This document shows positions 1 to 9,931 of a stretch of DNA of 64,000 bases, in pieces. The stretch is from a virus. The stretch spans positions 1-64,000 of the IMG/VR virus record IMGVR_UViG_3300020156_000025; one strand, 5' to 3'. The stretch's first letter is position 1; the number at the start of each line of letters is the position of its first letter. Position numbers and translations under genes: made by a program. The notes beneath the pieces are model-generated. The model worked only from the letters and a program-made list of their open reading frames with translations, searched no databases and was not told where the DNA came from.

Positions 1-32
1 ACGGGGAGAAGACTGTTCCGAAGGAATAACCG

Positions 33-272
33 ATGAAGGTCGAACGGAAATATGTCAGCGCCTACCTGTTTTCTCGTGCCCGGGAGACGAACCGGGAACT
101 GAGGAGGCGTCTGCGGAGGGGAGAACGGATCGCGGGCGAGTTGCTGGACGCGCTCGACCGGGTGATCGAGGACCCGGGTAACGAGACGTGGAAGAAGATG
201 ATGGCGGTGCGCAAGAAGGCACATGCCGAGATGACGGGGAGAACGAAGAAGCAACAGACACGGAAACGATGA
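33..272 (+). CDS. hypothetical protein
   Basis: 79-aa ORF whose stop overlaps the next ATG (ATGA at 269-272). Confidence 0.6.
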   Translation: MKVERKYVSAYLFSRARETNRELRRRLRRGERIAGELLDALDRVIEDPGNETWKKMMAVRKKAHAEMTGRTKKQQTRKR

Positions 273-952
273 TCGCGTTCAACAGGCAATGGATACTGGC
301 CCTGCCGCCGCGCACGGGATCGACCGCCCTTGTGACCGACTTGCGGGAGGAGGGCGGACCGCATGCCGTGGACGGGTTCCACCATACGCCGCTGTCCCGC
401 TACCTTTCCTCGTTCAATGCGTGGCCGGAGGGGTTCACGGGGGTGGTGCTTTACCGGGACCCTGCGGAGAGGCTGGCGTCCGCGTGGTTCCACTCCGTGA
501 CCCAGCACGAGAATGTCCAGCAGGGGATGGGGGTGTTCCGGGTGGACCGGCAGGACTGGAAGATATTCCGGGACTGGGCCAGACAGACGCTCGTGAACAC
601 GTTGGTCCAGAGGGACCGCTACAAGTGGCCGCAGGACATGATCGCCACGGGAAAGGGGCCGCATTACCGGAGGCACGTGTTGACGTGGTCGCTGCCGTGC
701 GCGTGGTGGGCCGGAGGGCTCAGGCACGTGCCGGGTATCATGACATCGCTGGACGGGTTGAAATTGTTCCACCCCGACATGGTGCAGCGCACGGGGCTGG
801 GAGCCAGAGGCGGCACGAGCAACCGCACCAAGAACCACGCGCCGCCCTTGTTCGATGCCGTGACGCTGCTGCGCGACGAATTCGGTAAACGGCTGGAGCG
901 TATTTATGCGGATGACTTCAAGGTTCTTGCAAACTGTGCAAAGCAGGGCTAG
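269..952 (+). CDS. sulfotransferase family 2-like protein
   Basis: 5'-PSB-like PPRTGSTAL, 3'-PB-like RDPAERLASAW, C-terminal IYADDF; start chosen at the ATGA overlap. Confidence 0.65.
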   Translation: MIAFNRQWILALPPRTGSTALVTDLREEGGPHAVDGFHHTPLSRYLSSFNAWPEGFTGVVLYRDPAERLASAWFHSVTQHENVQQGMGVFRVDRQDWKIFRDWARQTLVNTLVQRDRYKWPQDMIATGKGPHYRRHVLTWSLPCAWWAGGLRHVPGIMTSLDGLKLFHPDMVQRTGLGARGGTSNRTKNHAPPLFDAVTLLRDEFGKRLERIYADDFKVLANCAKQG

Positions 953-963
953 ACCGGGGAGGT

Positions 964-1599
964 ATGAACGAGCAACCGACGGGTGACGGGGTAAACCATG
1001 CGAGATTCCTGATCGATGGACCGGAAGGGGAGAGGGTAGCGGTATCGCGCGCGGAACAGGTGTCTTGGTTGAAGGAGCGTCATCCGCTGGCCCGGTTCGG
1101 GCACATGCGGACGTGGGACATCGGGGCGTGCGTGGGGCAGTTCGGAAAGGCGCTGCTCGACGCGGAGTTGATCTTCCGGGAGGACTACTTGGGGTGGGAA
1201 CCGTTCCGCGACCAATACGAGCCGCACGTGACCGGTGCCGATGTAATGTTCCCGCACGTCGTGGTGCAACCGGCGGAGGCGATGGGAGAGTTCGTGTTCC
1301 GGAAGCCGGAGCCGAAGTTCGATCTGATCGCGTTCAACCACGTGCTGGAGCATCTGGACGATCCGCTTGAAGCGTTGGACCTTGCGGAGGTCGCCTTGCG
1401 CAACCGCGACGCGAGGATAATGGTGGCGGTGCCGCATTCGGACGACCAATGGGCGTGGGCGGAGGAGGGGCACCTGTGGATGTTCAACGACGTGACGCTG
1501 GCGCGGGTGGCGGACAGGGCAGGACTGTCGGTGAAGGACTCGCGCGTGGTGTCGTTCGCGCCGGGACGGAAGGAACTCTGGATGATGCTGGGGAGATGA
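964..1599 (+). CDS. class I SAM-dependent methyltransferase
   Basis: Motif I DIGACVG and FDLIAFNHVLEHLDDP...VAVP...GHLWMF, typical of glycan-associated Methyltransf_23 proteins. Confidence 0.8.
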   Translation: MNEQPTGDGVNHARFLIDGPEGERVAVSRAEQVSWLKERHPLARFGHMRTWDIGACVGQFGKALLDAELIFREDYLGWEPFRDQYEPHVTGADVMFPHVVVQPAEAMGEFVFRKPEPKFDLIAFNHVLEHLDDPLEALDLAEVALRNRDARIMVAVPHSDDQWAWAEEGHLWMFNDVTLARVADRAGLSVKDSRVVSFAPGRKELWMMLGR

Positions 1600-1868
1600 G
1601 CAACGGGCACAAGGACATACCCGTGACGGGAGACGGTGGCGGGCAGGGGGGTAGGATAGTCTACCGTTCGTGGCCGCTGTCGATTCCGGTGGGGAGCATG
1701 CTGTCGTGCCGGAAGGAATCGCCCGTCCTTGCCGCGGCCATAGTCGTGATCGAGAAGACGATGGCGAAGAAAGGCATCGAGACTTTCAAGCGATACGGGA
1801 ACCTGATCGTGACGGAACGGGAATGGGTGGGGGCGTTCCACGAGGGGGACGTGCCGGGGGAGCCTTGA
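1596..1868 (+). CDS. hypothetical protein
   Basis: ATGA-coupled to the methyltransferase stop; fills the gap. Confidence 0.45.
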   Translation: MSNGHKDIPVTGDGGGQGGRIVYRSWPLSIPVGSMLSCRKESPVLAAAIVVIEKTMAKKGIETFKRYGNLIVTEREWVGAFHEGDVPGEP

Positions 1869-1889
1869 CGGGAGGGGGACATCGGTGGC

Positions 1890-2237
1890 ATGTTCCCTCC
1901 CGAGATGCAAAATCTGGTCATAAAACGCGGGGCGATCATCGATTTGACGATCAAGGGTAAGAACGCGGAGGGGGAGGACTTCCCGTTTCCCGCGGAATGG
2001 CCCGTGGCCGGGGAGGTCCGGGATTATGCCGAAGCCACACCCGTGCGGCTCGATCTGGAGCCGGTGATCGAGGACGGGGTGATCCGGGTGAAGATATCCT
2101 CGCAGCCGCTTCCGCCGCAGGAATACGAGCTGGGGATCGTGGTGACGGACACCACCACCGATCCGTCCCTGCCCGCACCGTATTGGACGGAGACCGTGAA
2201 GCTGACCGTGCAGCCCGCCCTTCCGGGGGTGGCCTGA
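1890..2237 (+). CDS. small beta-rich virion/tail-associated protein (BppU-N-like)
   Basis: IKRGAIIDLTI...GVIRVKIS...YELGIVVTD...TETVKLTV pattern directly upstream of the tailspike; start may be ATG 1905. Confidence 0.5.
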   Translation: MFPPEMQNLVIKRGAIIDLTIKGKNAEGEDFPFPAEWPVAGEVRDYAEATPVRLDLEPVIEDGVIRVKISSQPLPPQEYELGIVVTDTTTDPSLPAPYWTETVKLTVQPALPGVA

Positions 2238-2270
2238 GTGTGTGCCGGAACCTCATACCGAATAGACAAG

Positions 2271-4931
2271 ATGCCTGAATTAACCACGCTGATTATCCAA
2301 GTGGGGAGTCCGTCGCCCCTGTCCACGCTGTTGATCAACTTCGGCCCGGCGGGAAGGGACGGGGGCTCCGAGGACGACGCGGTGGACGTGGCTTTCGCGA
2401 TCCACAACGCCCCGCCCTTGTCCACGCCCGCCGATAATGACGAATTAGGGAGGGTGGATAGCACGGATGGCTACACGCTCAAGCGGTGGACTTGGGGTGC
2501 GATGAAGACCGCGATGACCGCCCATAGCGAAACCTTGTTCGCGCCGCTCGCGCATGTGAATGACGTGGGCAATCCGCACGAGGTGACCAAGGCGCAGGTG
2601 GGACTGTCGGAAGTGGACAATACCAGCGATGCCGATAAGCCGGTATCGACCGCGACGCTGGCCGCACTCGCGGGGAAGGCCAGCAGCGTGCACGTGCATG
2701 ACATGTCGGACGTGACGGGGCTGGCGGCTGCGCTGGCGCTGGCCGCACCGTTCTATTCGTGCGAGAGTTTCGGGGCATTGCCTACGGCCAACGCGTCGCA
2801 GAACGTGGCGGCGGTCCAAGCCGCCCTTGACGCCGCCCATGCCGCGGGAGGGGGGACGGTGAAACTGGACCAACCCGGAACCTACGAGGTTGACTCGACC
2901 TTGCGGATCTACTCCTACACGGATTTCCTGCTTGGCCCGGGGGTGGTATTCAAGAAGGTCGCGGAATACGGGGAGTTCCTCGCCAATGACGGGGCATGGA
3001 CGCTGATCAACGACGACCGCATCCGCGTGGTGGGGCTGGTATTGGACGCGAACAACACCTCGGACATCGAGGCGATCCAGCCGGGGCTGAGGGGTCACGT
3101 GTCGTGGTATAATATTACCAACGTCCGCATGGAGCGGTGCAGGATCTATAACGGTGGCACGGCCCAATTCTCGGTCCATTGCTGTGCGTTCTACAATGCA
3201 TTTTTCGATGACATGGATTTCCCCGACGGGAAGGCAGGTATCCAGACAGGATCGGGGCAGAACCTCTACGTGCGGAATATCCGCGGGGATACGTTCGATG
3301 ACCTTCTCGCCTTGAACGCGCACGACTGGCCGGTGTCGTCGCCCAAGACCGGGGACCTGTCCAACGTGGTGATCGAGAACATGATCACCCGGTCGCAGCA
3401 CCGGATCATGGCGGGTTCGTGGACGACGTGGGCCGCTACCACCTACAGCGCGGGAGACCGCGTGGTCAGCTCCGGGAACGTCTATATCGCCTGCTTGCCC
3501 GTGAACACGTCGGCGGCTTCCACAGTGGCTCCGACCCATACCGCGGGGATCGTGACCGGAGCGGACGGCATCCCGTGGCGCTGGGAATATGCGGGCACGA
3601 ACACGGAGACCAACGTGCACAATATCACCTACCGGGATTGTAGGTTCTATTCGCAGGGTGTGCTGATGGATTCCAACAACGACATGGGCGGCTACTACCG
3701 GATGGTGGTGCCGGGGACCGAGGGCAATTCGTGCGTCGATGGCGTCACCTTTGAAAACTGCATCTTCGATCCCGACACCCCGGGGGCCGTGCTGTTGTCG
3801 GGACAGTCGCGCTACACGCGGGCCGTGTTCCGCAATTGCACGTTCAAGGGCGCGAATATCGGGGCGATCATCTCGCATACCCCCTACACGGTCCCGACCA
3901 GCTATGTCTCCGCCCATACCGCGGTGGTGGATTTCACGGACTGCCTTTTCCACAACACGGCATGGATCGCGGGGATCATCAGTAATTTGAAAGGGAACTT
4001 CACGACGATCCTGACCGGCCAAGGGAACCGGATGTCCGCCCTTGCGTTTATCAGCGGGTCGATCAACCGGGTGGATGGATTCGATCTGCCGGTGCGCGTG
4101 GACCATATCACCGCGCCGGTTTCGGGTGACCGGGCAAGGCTCAGGCTCACGTCGGGGGCCATCCTGCCGGGACTGGCCACGTATCGCAGGGGACGCTGGG
4201 TGCCGGTGGACGCGGACCAGCTCGGACCCGCGAACCGGCGGTTGATGATGTGCAACGCCACCACGTTCACGAGCGGTTCCGCGGCTGCCGCGGGCACGAT
4301 CTACCCGGGCGGGGCGTTGCACCTTACCGCTGGCTCCGCCGCCATCGGGTGGGCGATGGGGCGACTGCAACAGGTGGGGACCTACCAGAGTGAGGACGGG
4401 ACCAACTTCAACGCGCCGTTCGTGCTGCCGCTCACCATTACCGGGCAGGCGATTGACGGGGGCGTGATCCGCGTGCTCCACGGCGCTCCCTTGGCACTCA
4501 ATACCGGGTTCACGGCGAACGCGGCGGGTCCGGCCTACACTTCGAGGGGTATCGGTATCGAGATCGGCCGCGAGGGCGGCACCGGGAATCAAAAGGCGAG
4601 GATCATCGCGCACGACGGCACGAGCTACCGGCAATCGGCGTGGCTGGACCTAGGGGTCGCCCCGGGGCGCAACAACGTGTTCTCGTTCGAGTTGCTGAAC
4701 CGCGGGAACGGCACGGTGGAACTCTACTGGGGTCGGCCCACGTCGGGGAACCTGTCCGGTTCGATCATCGGTGAAACGGCGGGGGTGTCCATCTCCAACG
4801 GTCCGACCGGGGTGGGAGCCAACGCGGCGACTTGGGCCGTTGCCACGGCGGACAACTCCACCGTCCCGGTCAATGCGAATTCGATCCGTGCGGTGATCTA
4901 CCCGACATCGCTCGAATATCTGGCGTTCTAG
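2271..4931 (+). CDS. tailspike / receptor-binding protein with pectate-lyase-like beta-helix
   Basis: Fibre repeat NPHEVTKAQVGLSEVDNTSDADKPVS; beta-helix start FGA...AVQAALDAA...GGGTVKL..PGTY; repeated F.NC.F coils; CBM-like insert. Confidence 0.8.
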   Translation: MPELTTLIIQVGSPSPLSTLLINFGPAGRDGGSEDDAVDVAFAIHNAPPLSTPADNDELGRVDSTDGYTLKRWTWGAMKTAMTAHSETLFAPLAHVNDVGNPHEVTKAQVGLSEVDNTSDADKPVSTATLAALAGKASSVHVHDMSDVTGLAAALALAAPFYSCESFGALPTANASQNVAAVQAALDAAHAAGGGTVKLDQPGTYEVDSTLRIYSYTDFLLGPGVVFKKVAEYGEFLANDGAWTLINDDRIRVVGLVLDANNTSDIEAIQPGLRGHVSWYNITNVRMERCRIYNGGTAQFSVHCCAFYNAFFDDMDFPDGKAGIQTGSGQNLYVRNIRGDTFDDLLALNAHDWPVSSPKTGDLSNVVIENMITRSQHRIMAGSWTTWAATTYSAGDRVVSSGNVYIACLPVNTSAASTVAPTHTAGIVTGADGIPWRWEYAGTNTETNVHNITYRDCRFYSQGVLMDSNNDMGGYYRMVVPGTEGNSCVDGVTFENCIFDPDTPGAVLLSGQSRYTRAVFRNCTFKGANIGAIISHTPYTVPTSYVSAHTAVVDFTDCLFHNTAWIAGIISNLKGNFTTILTGQGNRMSALAFISGSINRVDGFDLPVRVDHITAPVSGDRARLRLTSGAILPGLATYRRGRWVPVDADQLGPANRRLMMCNATTFTSGSAAAAGTIYPGGALHLTAGSAAIGWAMGRLQQVGTYQSEDGTNFNAPFVLPLTITGQAIDGGVIRVLHGAPLALNTGFTANAAGPAYTSRGIGIEIGREGGTGNQKARIIAHDGTSYRQSAWLDLGVAPGRNNVFSFELLNRGNGTVELYWGRPTSGNLSGSIIGETAGVSISNGPTGVGANAATWAVATADNSTVPVNANSIRAVIYPTSLEYLAF

Positions 4932-5017
4932 CGGATGAAAGGGAAGGGTGTGGCGGTTTTGATCGGGGAGCTTGACTTTACACGGGGATTAGCCGTTCAA
5001 TGTTCCACGCAACCGCC

Positions 5018-5530
5018 ATGCCCGCCCAAACATTCAATCCCGTGACAGGGAAGTCGTGCGTCAAGCGATACGCCGACATTCCGTTCGCCCACAGGCAGCC
5101 GTTCCACGAGGGGCACTGCCATTTCATCCACGGCCATTCGTGGAGCTTCGAGTTCGAGTTCTCGGCGGACGCGCTGGATCACCGGGGCTTCGTGCAGGAC
5201 TTCGGTGATTTGAAGTGGCTGGGGCAGCTCATCACGGAGAACTTTGATCACGCGCTGGTGTTGCAAGAGGACGATCCGGAGCTGGCGTTCCTGATCCAAG
5301 CCCTGCGGGTGAAGGCGGAAGACCCGCAACACGCGCTGGCCAAATTGACCGTCCTTCCGTCATCGTCGAGTGAGGGGATCGCGGACTGGCTGTTCCAATG
5401 GGTGGGGCCTATGGTCTCGGACCGCTCCGGGGGGAGGGTGAAGTTGGACCGGGTGACGGTGTTCGAGGACTCGCGCAATTCCGCGACCGCGTGGGCACCG
5501 CCGGAGTTCACGGGCCTGATGGCGGGGTAG
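5018..5530 (+). CDS. queD: 6-carboxytetrahydropterin synthase
   Basis: FAHR...CHFIHGHSW...VQDFGDLK...FDH...SSE...VFED motifs. Confidence 0.9.
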   Translation: MPAQTFNPVTGKSCVKRYADIPFAHRQPFHEGHCHFIHGHSWSFEFEFSADALDHRGFVQDFGDLKWLGQLITENFDHALVLQEDDPELAFLIQALRVKAEDPQHALAKLTVLPSSSSEGIADWLFQWVGPMVSDRSGGRVKLDRVTVFEDSRNSATAWAPPEFTGLMAG

Positions 5531-5556
5531 TTCCGCCCGTCCTTCCAAAAACGATT

Positions 5557-6291
5557 ATGCAAACCGTGCAAATAGAGGAGCGCCGGTTGCTGCCGGTGCA
5601 GGAACGTTTCCATGCCTTCCAAGGGGAGGGCGTCCATATGGGGCGTAGTGCGTTTTTCATCCGCACCTACGGGTGTCCGGTGCAATGCCCGTGGTGCGAT
5701 TCCGCGGGGACGTGGCACCATGCCTACCGGCCCGAGGTGGACAAGCTGCGCATGTCGGTCGAGATGCTGGTGGAGGAGGCGCTGTTCTGCAACGCGGAGT
5801 TCGTGGTCGTGACGGGCGGGGAACCGCTGATCCATGACCTTGCGCCGCTCGTGAATGCGTTGCACGGGGAGGGGATTCAGGTGCATCTGGAGACCTGCGG
5901 TGCGTTCCCGATCAAAGGGGGTGCGATCTTCGACTGGATCACGCTGTCGCCGAAGGACAACCGCCCGCCCTTGAAGCACATGCTGCATCTTGCGGACGAG
6001 TTCAAGATCATCGTGGAGAAGCCGGAGGACATTGAACGGTGGTTCGACGTGATCCTTTACGAGACGAACGAATTGAGGGCGGAGACCGTGCAGGTATGGT
6101 TGCACCCGGAGTGGTCGCAACGGGAGAACCCCGCGGTGCTGGGGGCCATCTGCGAGGCGGTAAAGGGGCGGTCGCAGAAGCCGCGCTTCCGTGCCGGGTG
6201 GCAGATGCACAAACCCTACATGGTGGACGCGGGGGATGCACGGACCGCGCCGCGCGTGCCGCTGGGGGGAGACCCGGCGAGGGGGTATTGA
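5557..6291 (+). CDS. queE: 7-carboxy-7-deazaguanine synthase (radical SAM)
   Basis: ERFHAFQGEG...FIRTYGCPVQCPWCDS (CxxxCxxC), VVTGGEP, LETCG, TLSPK, QMHK. Confidence 0.92.
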   Translation: MQTVQIEERRLLPVQERFHAFQGEGVHMGRSAFFIRTYGCPVQCPWCDSAGTWHHAYRPEVDKLRMSVEMLVEEALFCNAEFVVVTGGEPLIHDLAPLVNALHGEGIQVHLETCGAFPIKGGAIFDWITLSPKDNRPPLKHMLHLADEFKIIVEKPEDIERWFDVILYETNELRAETVQVWLHPEWSQRENPAVLGAICEAVKGRSQKPRFRAGWQMHKPYMVDAGDARTAPRVPLGGDPARGY

Positions 6292-6292
6292 A

Positions 6293-6955
6293 ATGCACGC
6301 TTTGCAAAAACCGATTCAACCGAGACATATGAAACCGAGGATGTCCCCGGAGGGGGAGAACGAGCAGGTGAGGGCCGCGGAAGCAGGGGTGCGATGCCTC
6401 TTGCATCTGATCGGGGAGAACACGGAGAGGGAGGGGTTGAAGGACACGCCCGCCCGCTTCGTGAAGGCGTTCCGGGAGATGACGGCGGGGTTGCATGTCG
6501 ATCCGAAGCGGCATCTGGAGAAACGGTTCGCGCTGGACGATGCGGAGGAGAGCATCCGGTATGACGGGGTGGTGCTGTCGGGGTGGCTGCCCTTCGTGTC
6601 GCTGTGCGAGCATCACCTGCTGCCGTTCACGGGGGAGGCGCATATCGCCTATCTGCCCGCGGGGAAGGAGAGGACCGTGGTGGGGTTGTCGAAACTGGCC
6701 CGCTTGCTGGAGGACTATGCCCGCAGGCCGCAGATACAGGAACGCTTGACGCAGCAGGTGGCCGATGCGATCGAGACGGTGCTGCGACCGGAGGGGGTCG
6801 GGGTGGTGCTGAGGGGGAAACATTCCTGCCAGTGGTGCCGCGGGGTGAAGAAACCGGGGAGCATGCTCACGTCGTCCTTGCACGGGAGTTTCAAGACGCC
6901 CGCGGGGAGGATGGAGCTGTTCGAGCTAATCAAATTGGCGAAAGGGGGAGAGTAA
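6293..6955 (+). CDS. folE: GTP cyclohydrolase I
   Basis: EGLKDTPAR, SLCEHHLLPF.G, VGLSKLAR, RRPQIQERLT, HSCQWCRGV. Confidence 0.95.
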   Translation: MHALQKPIQPRHMKPRMSPEGENEQVRAAEAGVRCLLHLIGENTEREGLKDTPARFVKAFREMTAGLHVDPKRHLEKRFALDDAEESIRYDGVVLSGWLPFVSLCEHHLLPFTGEAHIAYLPAGKERTVVGLSKLARLLEDYARRPQIQERLTQQVADAIETVLRPEGVGVVLRGKHSCQWCRGVKKPGSMLTSSLHGSFKTPAGRMELFELIKLAKGGE

Positions 6956-6959
6956 GACC

Positions 6960-7640
6960 ATGACGAATGATCCCGATGACGAGCTGGAGCTGAACGCGGC
7001 GGGAGAGGGTGTGATGACCGATTACACCGATGACGACGACGATGACGAGGATGAGGACGAGGGGGGCAACGAGGAGGTGCCGGAACCTCAGAACATCCCC
7101 GTGCGCTCGCGCCGCAGGATGGTGGTGCTGGACCCGGTGGTGGCCCAGCAGAAGGTGCTGAACCTGCGCAAGCAGCGCAGGCAGGACAACAAGGAGCGGT
7201 TCCTGAAGCTGCTGGAGGAGAAACACCTCGGGGTGATATGCTATGCCGCGAAGGAAGCCGGGATTTCGGTCGGAACGATCAACCGGTGGATGCGCACGGA
7301 TCAGAACTTTCACGATCGCGTGCGGATGGTGGAGCACCGGCAGGTGGGCTTCGTGGAGCGGCACCTGTTCCGCGCGGTGGCGAACGGGAACGTGCGCGCG
7401 ATGACGTTTTTCCTGAGCACGAAGGGGGCGAAGCACGGATACGTGCAGGGCTTCGAGTTGCGGACGCCGGAACCGTTGCAGGTGGGGGTGGAGGTATCGA
7501 CACCCGATGTGCGGAAGGAGATGAACGACGAGGTGCTGTCGAAGACGCTGGCCAAGTTGATCGGGATGAGTCCCGAGATGGCCGCGGCCCTGCAATCGAC
7601 GCTGGTGGACAAGATCTCGGACCTTTCGCCGGAGGACTAG
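6960..7640 (+). CDS. putative terminase small subunit (HTH)
   Basis: Directly upstream of TerL; HTH AAKEAGISVGTINRW...D..F; GNVRAMTFFL. Confidence 0.7.
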   Translation: MTNDPDDELELNAAGEGVMTDYTDDDDDDEDEDEGGNEEVPEPQNIPVRSRRRMVVLDPVVAQQKVLNLRKQRRQDNKERFLKLLEEKHLGVICYAAKEAGISVGTINRWMRTDQNFHDRVRMVEHRQVGFVERHLFRAVANGNVRAMTFFLSTKGAKHGYVQGFELRTPEPLQVGVEVSTPDVRKEMNDEVLSKTLAKLIGMSPEMAAALQSTLVDKISDLSPED

Positions 7641-7647
7641 GACGGCC

Positions 7648-9114
7648 ATGAATCCGATGCTTACGGACAAGCAATACGCGGAGGTCTATAACCGGATGGT
7701 GCTGGCCGCGCGGCAATGTTTCATCACGTTCCTGTATCTCATGTTCCCGCAGGGGATGCCGGAGACGACATACAAGCTCGCGCCCTTGCACCTGTTCCTC
7801 GCGCAGAAGGTGATGCAGGCGTTCAGGCGTGAGGGGGCGAAGAACCGCGCGGTGTCGGTGCCGCCCCAGCACGGGAAAAGCCGGATGCTGGTGGTGAGGA
7901 CCGTGGCGTGGTTGATCGGGGCAAGGCCGGGAATCTCGATCGCCATTACCGGGTTCTCGCACTCGCTGCTGGTGGATTTCCTCAAGGAGGTGGAGGACCT
8001 GATGCAGACGCCCGCCTACCAGAGGATATTCCCGGGGGTGGTGCCGCGCTATGGACGGAACCGCGACGCGTCGAAATATTTCACGAACGGGGCATCGGTG
8101 GTGGCGAAGGCCGCGGGGTCTAAGCTGACGGGACGCCGGGTGGACTGGCTGATCATCGACGACGCGCACGCGGGACGGGCGGAGGCGGAGTCGGAGGTGC
8201 TGCGGAGCAAGGTGATCCAGTGGTTTTTCGCCGACTGCAAAACCCGCCTTTCGCAGGGGGCGCAGGTGTTCATCATCGGAACGAGATGGCATCCGGCGGA
8301 CCTGATCGGGTTCCTGACTTCGGACGAATACACGAAGCAGTTGAAGGACGCGGGACACGAGGAGGAGTTGTTCGAGGTGACGAACCTGCGCGCGATTTCG
8401 GAGGAGGGGGAGGAGGACCCGCTGGGGCGCGCGCCCGGGGAAGCGTTGTTCCCGGAGGAGCGACCGTTGCGGATGATGCAGGCACTCAAGGCCGCTCTTC
8501 CCGGATACGAGTGGGATTCGCAATACCGGGGGTCGCCGCGCTCGACGATGGGCGGGCAGGTGGACATATCCAAGCTGCGCTATCTGGACGCGGGGGCGGT
8601 GCCGTGGGACTACCTCGACGTGGCGCGGGGATGGGACTTGGCCATCTCGGAAAAGCAGGGGGCGGACTATACGGCGGGGGCGCTGGTGGGGAGGCACCGG
8701 CATACGGGGGACTACTATATCATCGACATGTTCCGGCGGAGGATGGCGTGGTCGAAACTGCGGGCGAACATGGTCAACGTGTCGCTGGAGGACCGCAGGG
8801 TGCGGAACGTGATGCGGGTGGGAATCGAAGGGGTGGCGGGATTCGACGTGGTATTTTCCGAGGTCCGGGACCTGCTGCTGGGAGAGGTGCAGGTGCTCAA
8901 GAAGAATCCGCCGAAGGGCGGGAAGTTGATCCGCGCGCAACCGTGGCTGAACCGGATCGAGGGTGGCAAGGTGTGGGTGGTGAACGGGCCGTGGAAAAAG
9001 GACTTTCTGGAGGAGCTGTTGCAGTTCCCGGAAGGCTCGCACGATGACCAGGTAGACGCGGTGTCGATCGGGTTCGAGATGCTGGAGCATCGCGAGAAAC
9101 TGCTGATCGCATAA
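7648..9114 (+). CDS. terL: terminase large subunit
   Basis: Walker A-like PPQHGKS, LIIDD, IGTRWH; nuclease domain WDLA...DYT and HDDQVDA. Confidence 0.95.
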   Translation: MNPMLTDKQYAEVYNRMVLAARQCFITFLYLMFPQGMPETTYKLAPLHLFLAQKVMQAFRREGAKNRAVSVPPQHGKSRMLVVRTVAWLIGARPGISIAITGFSHSLLVDFLKEVEDLMQTPAYQRIFPGVVPRYGRNRDASKYFTNGASVVAKAAGSKLTGRRVDWLIIDDAHAGRAEAESEVLRSKVIQWFFADCKTRLSQGAQVFIIGTRWHPADLIGFLTSDEYTKQLKDAGHEEELFEVTNLRAISEEGEEDPLGRAPGEALFPEERPLRMMQALKAALPGYEWDSQYRGSPRSTMGGQVDISKLRYLDAGAVPWDYLDVARGWDLAISEKQGADYTAGALVGRHRHTGDYYIIDMFRRRMAWSKLRANMVNVSLEDRRVRNVMRVGIEGVAGFDVVFSEVRDLLLGEVQVLKKNPPKGGKLIRAQPWLNRIEGGKVWVVNGPWKKDFLEELLQFPEGSHDDQVDAVSIGFEMLEHREKLLIA

Positions 9115-9158
9115 TCCCCTTGCTTGTTCGTTTCACCCCATGTTACGACCGGCTTGTC

Positions 9159-9485
9159 ATGACTGAACGAACAACCGACAATACCGCCGTATTCCAAGCA
9201 CTGGGTATCCGCGAGATCATCCCGATGGCCGACCACGTGATGGTCGCCCTTCACGGGCGCAAGGCCGAGAGTGAGGGGGGGATCGCGATTCCGGAGATTT
9301 CCCGCAGGGCGGAAGAATGGGGGGTGGTGATTGCCGCCGGGGACAAGGTGGAATTCCTGAGCCCCGGGCACGAGGTGTATGTCTCGCGCTTGCAGGGGAC
9401 GCACTATATCGAGAACGGGGTGGAGATCATCCTGATCCGTGAACCCGAGGTGAAGTGCACGCGCTTGCCGGAACAAGCCGTGTGA
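9159..9485 (+). CDS. groES: GroES-like co-chaperonin
   Basis: PMADHVMV...GGIAIP mobile loop...GVVIAAG...G.E..LIRE.EV. Confidence 0.8.
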   Translation: MTERTTDNTAVFQALGIREIIPMADHVMVALHGRKAESEGGIAIPEISRRAEEWGVVIAAGDKVEFLSPGHEVYVSRLQGTHYIENGVEIILIREPEVKCTRLPEQAV

Positions 9486-9526
9486 GGCCCTCCCTCTCTC
9501 CTTGCAAACCCTCGCCATCCACGATC

Positions 9527-9931
9527 ATGCCACAACAGCCACAACAATTCATCGCTCCGCCGCCGGAGAAAAACGGGGTAATCCAAGTCGGGCTTCCGCT
9601 GGTGTTCGGTATTCCGGGCCATATCGCGCCGCTGACCGGGTTGCCGCTCTTGCTGCGGGGAATGAATCTGTTGTTCTGGCAGGAGGACTTCGCCGTGCTG
9701 GAACTGGAATGGTTCGAAACCGACGAGCACGGGGGTCCGGTGCGGATCGGTGACAAGGGGGAGGAATTGTCGATCCGCAGGGGGAGATTCGCGATCGTGG
9801 AGGAGGCCGACGGATCGTGGACGAAGGGTTTCGAGTTGGAAGACTCGCAGCCCGCGGCCCCGGATGCCGGGGTGGCTTTGCAAACCGTGCAAAACAACGA
9901 ATCGACCGAAGATGAACAACACGACCAATGA
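9527..9931 (+). CDS. hypothetical protein
   Basis: ORF in the gene run with normal codon bias. Confidence 0.55.
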   Translation: MPQQPQQFIAPPPEKNGVIQVGLPLVFGIPGHIAPLTGLPLLLRGMNLLFWQEDFAVLELEWFETDEHGGPVRIGDKGEELSIRRGRFAIVEEADGSWTKGFELEDSQPAAPDAGVALQTVQNNESTEDEQHDQ

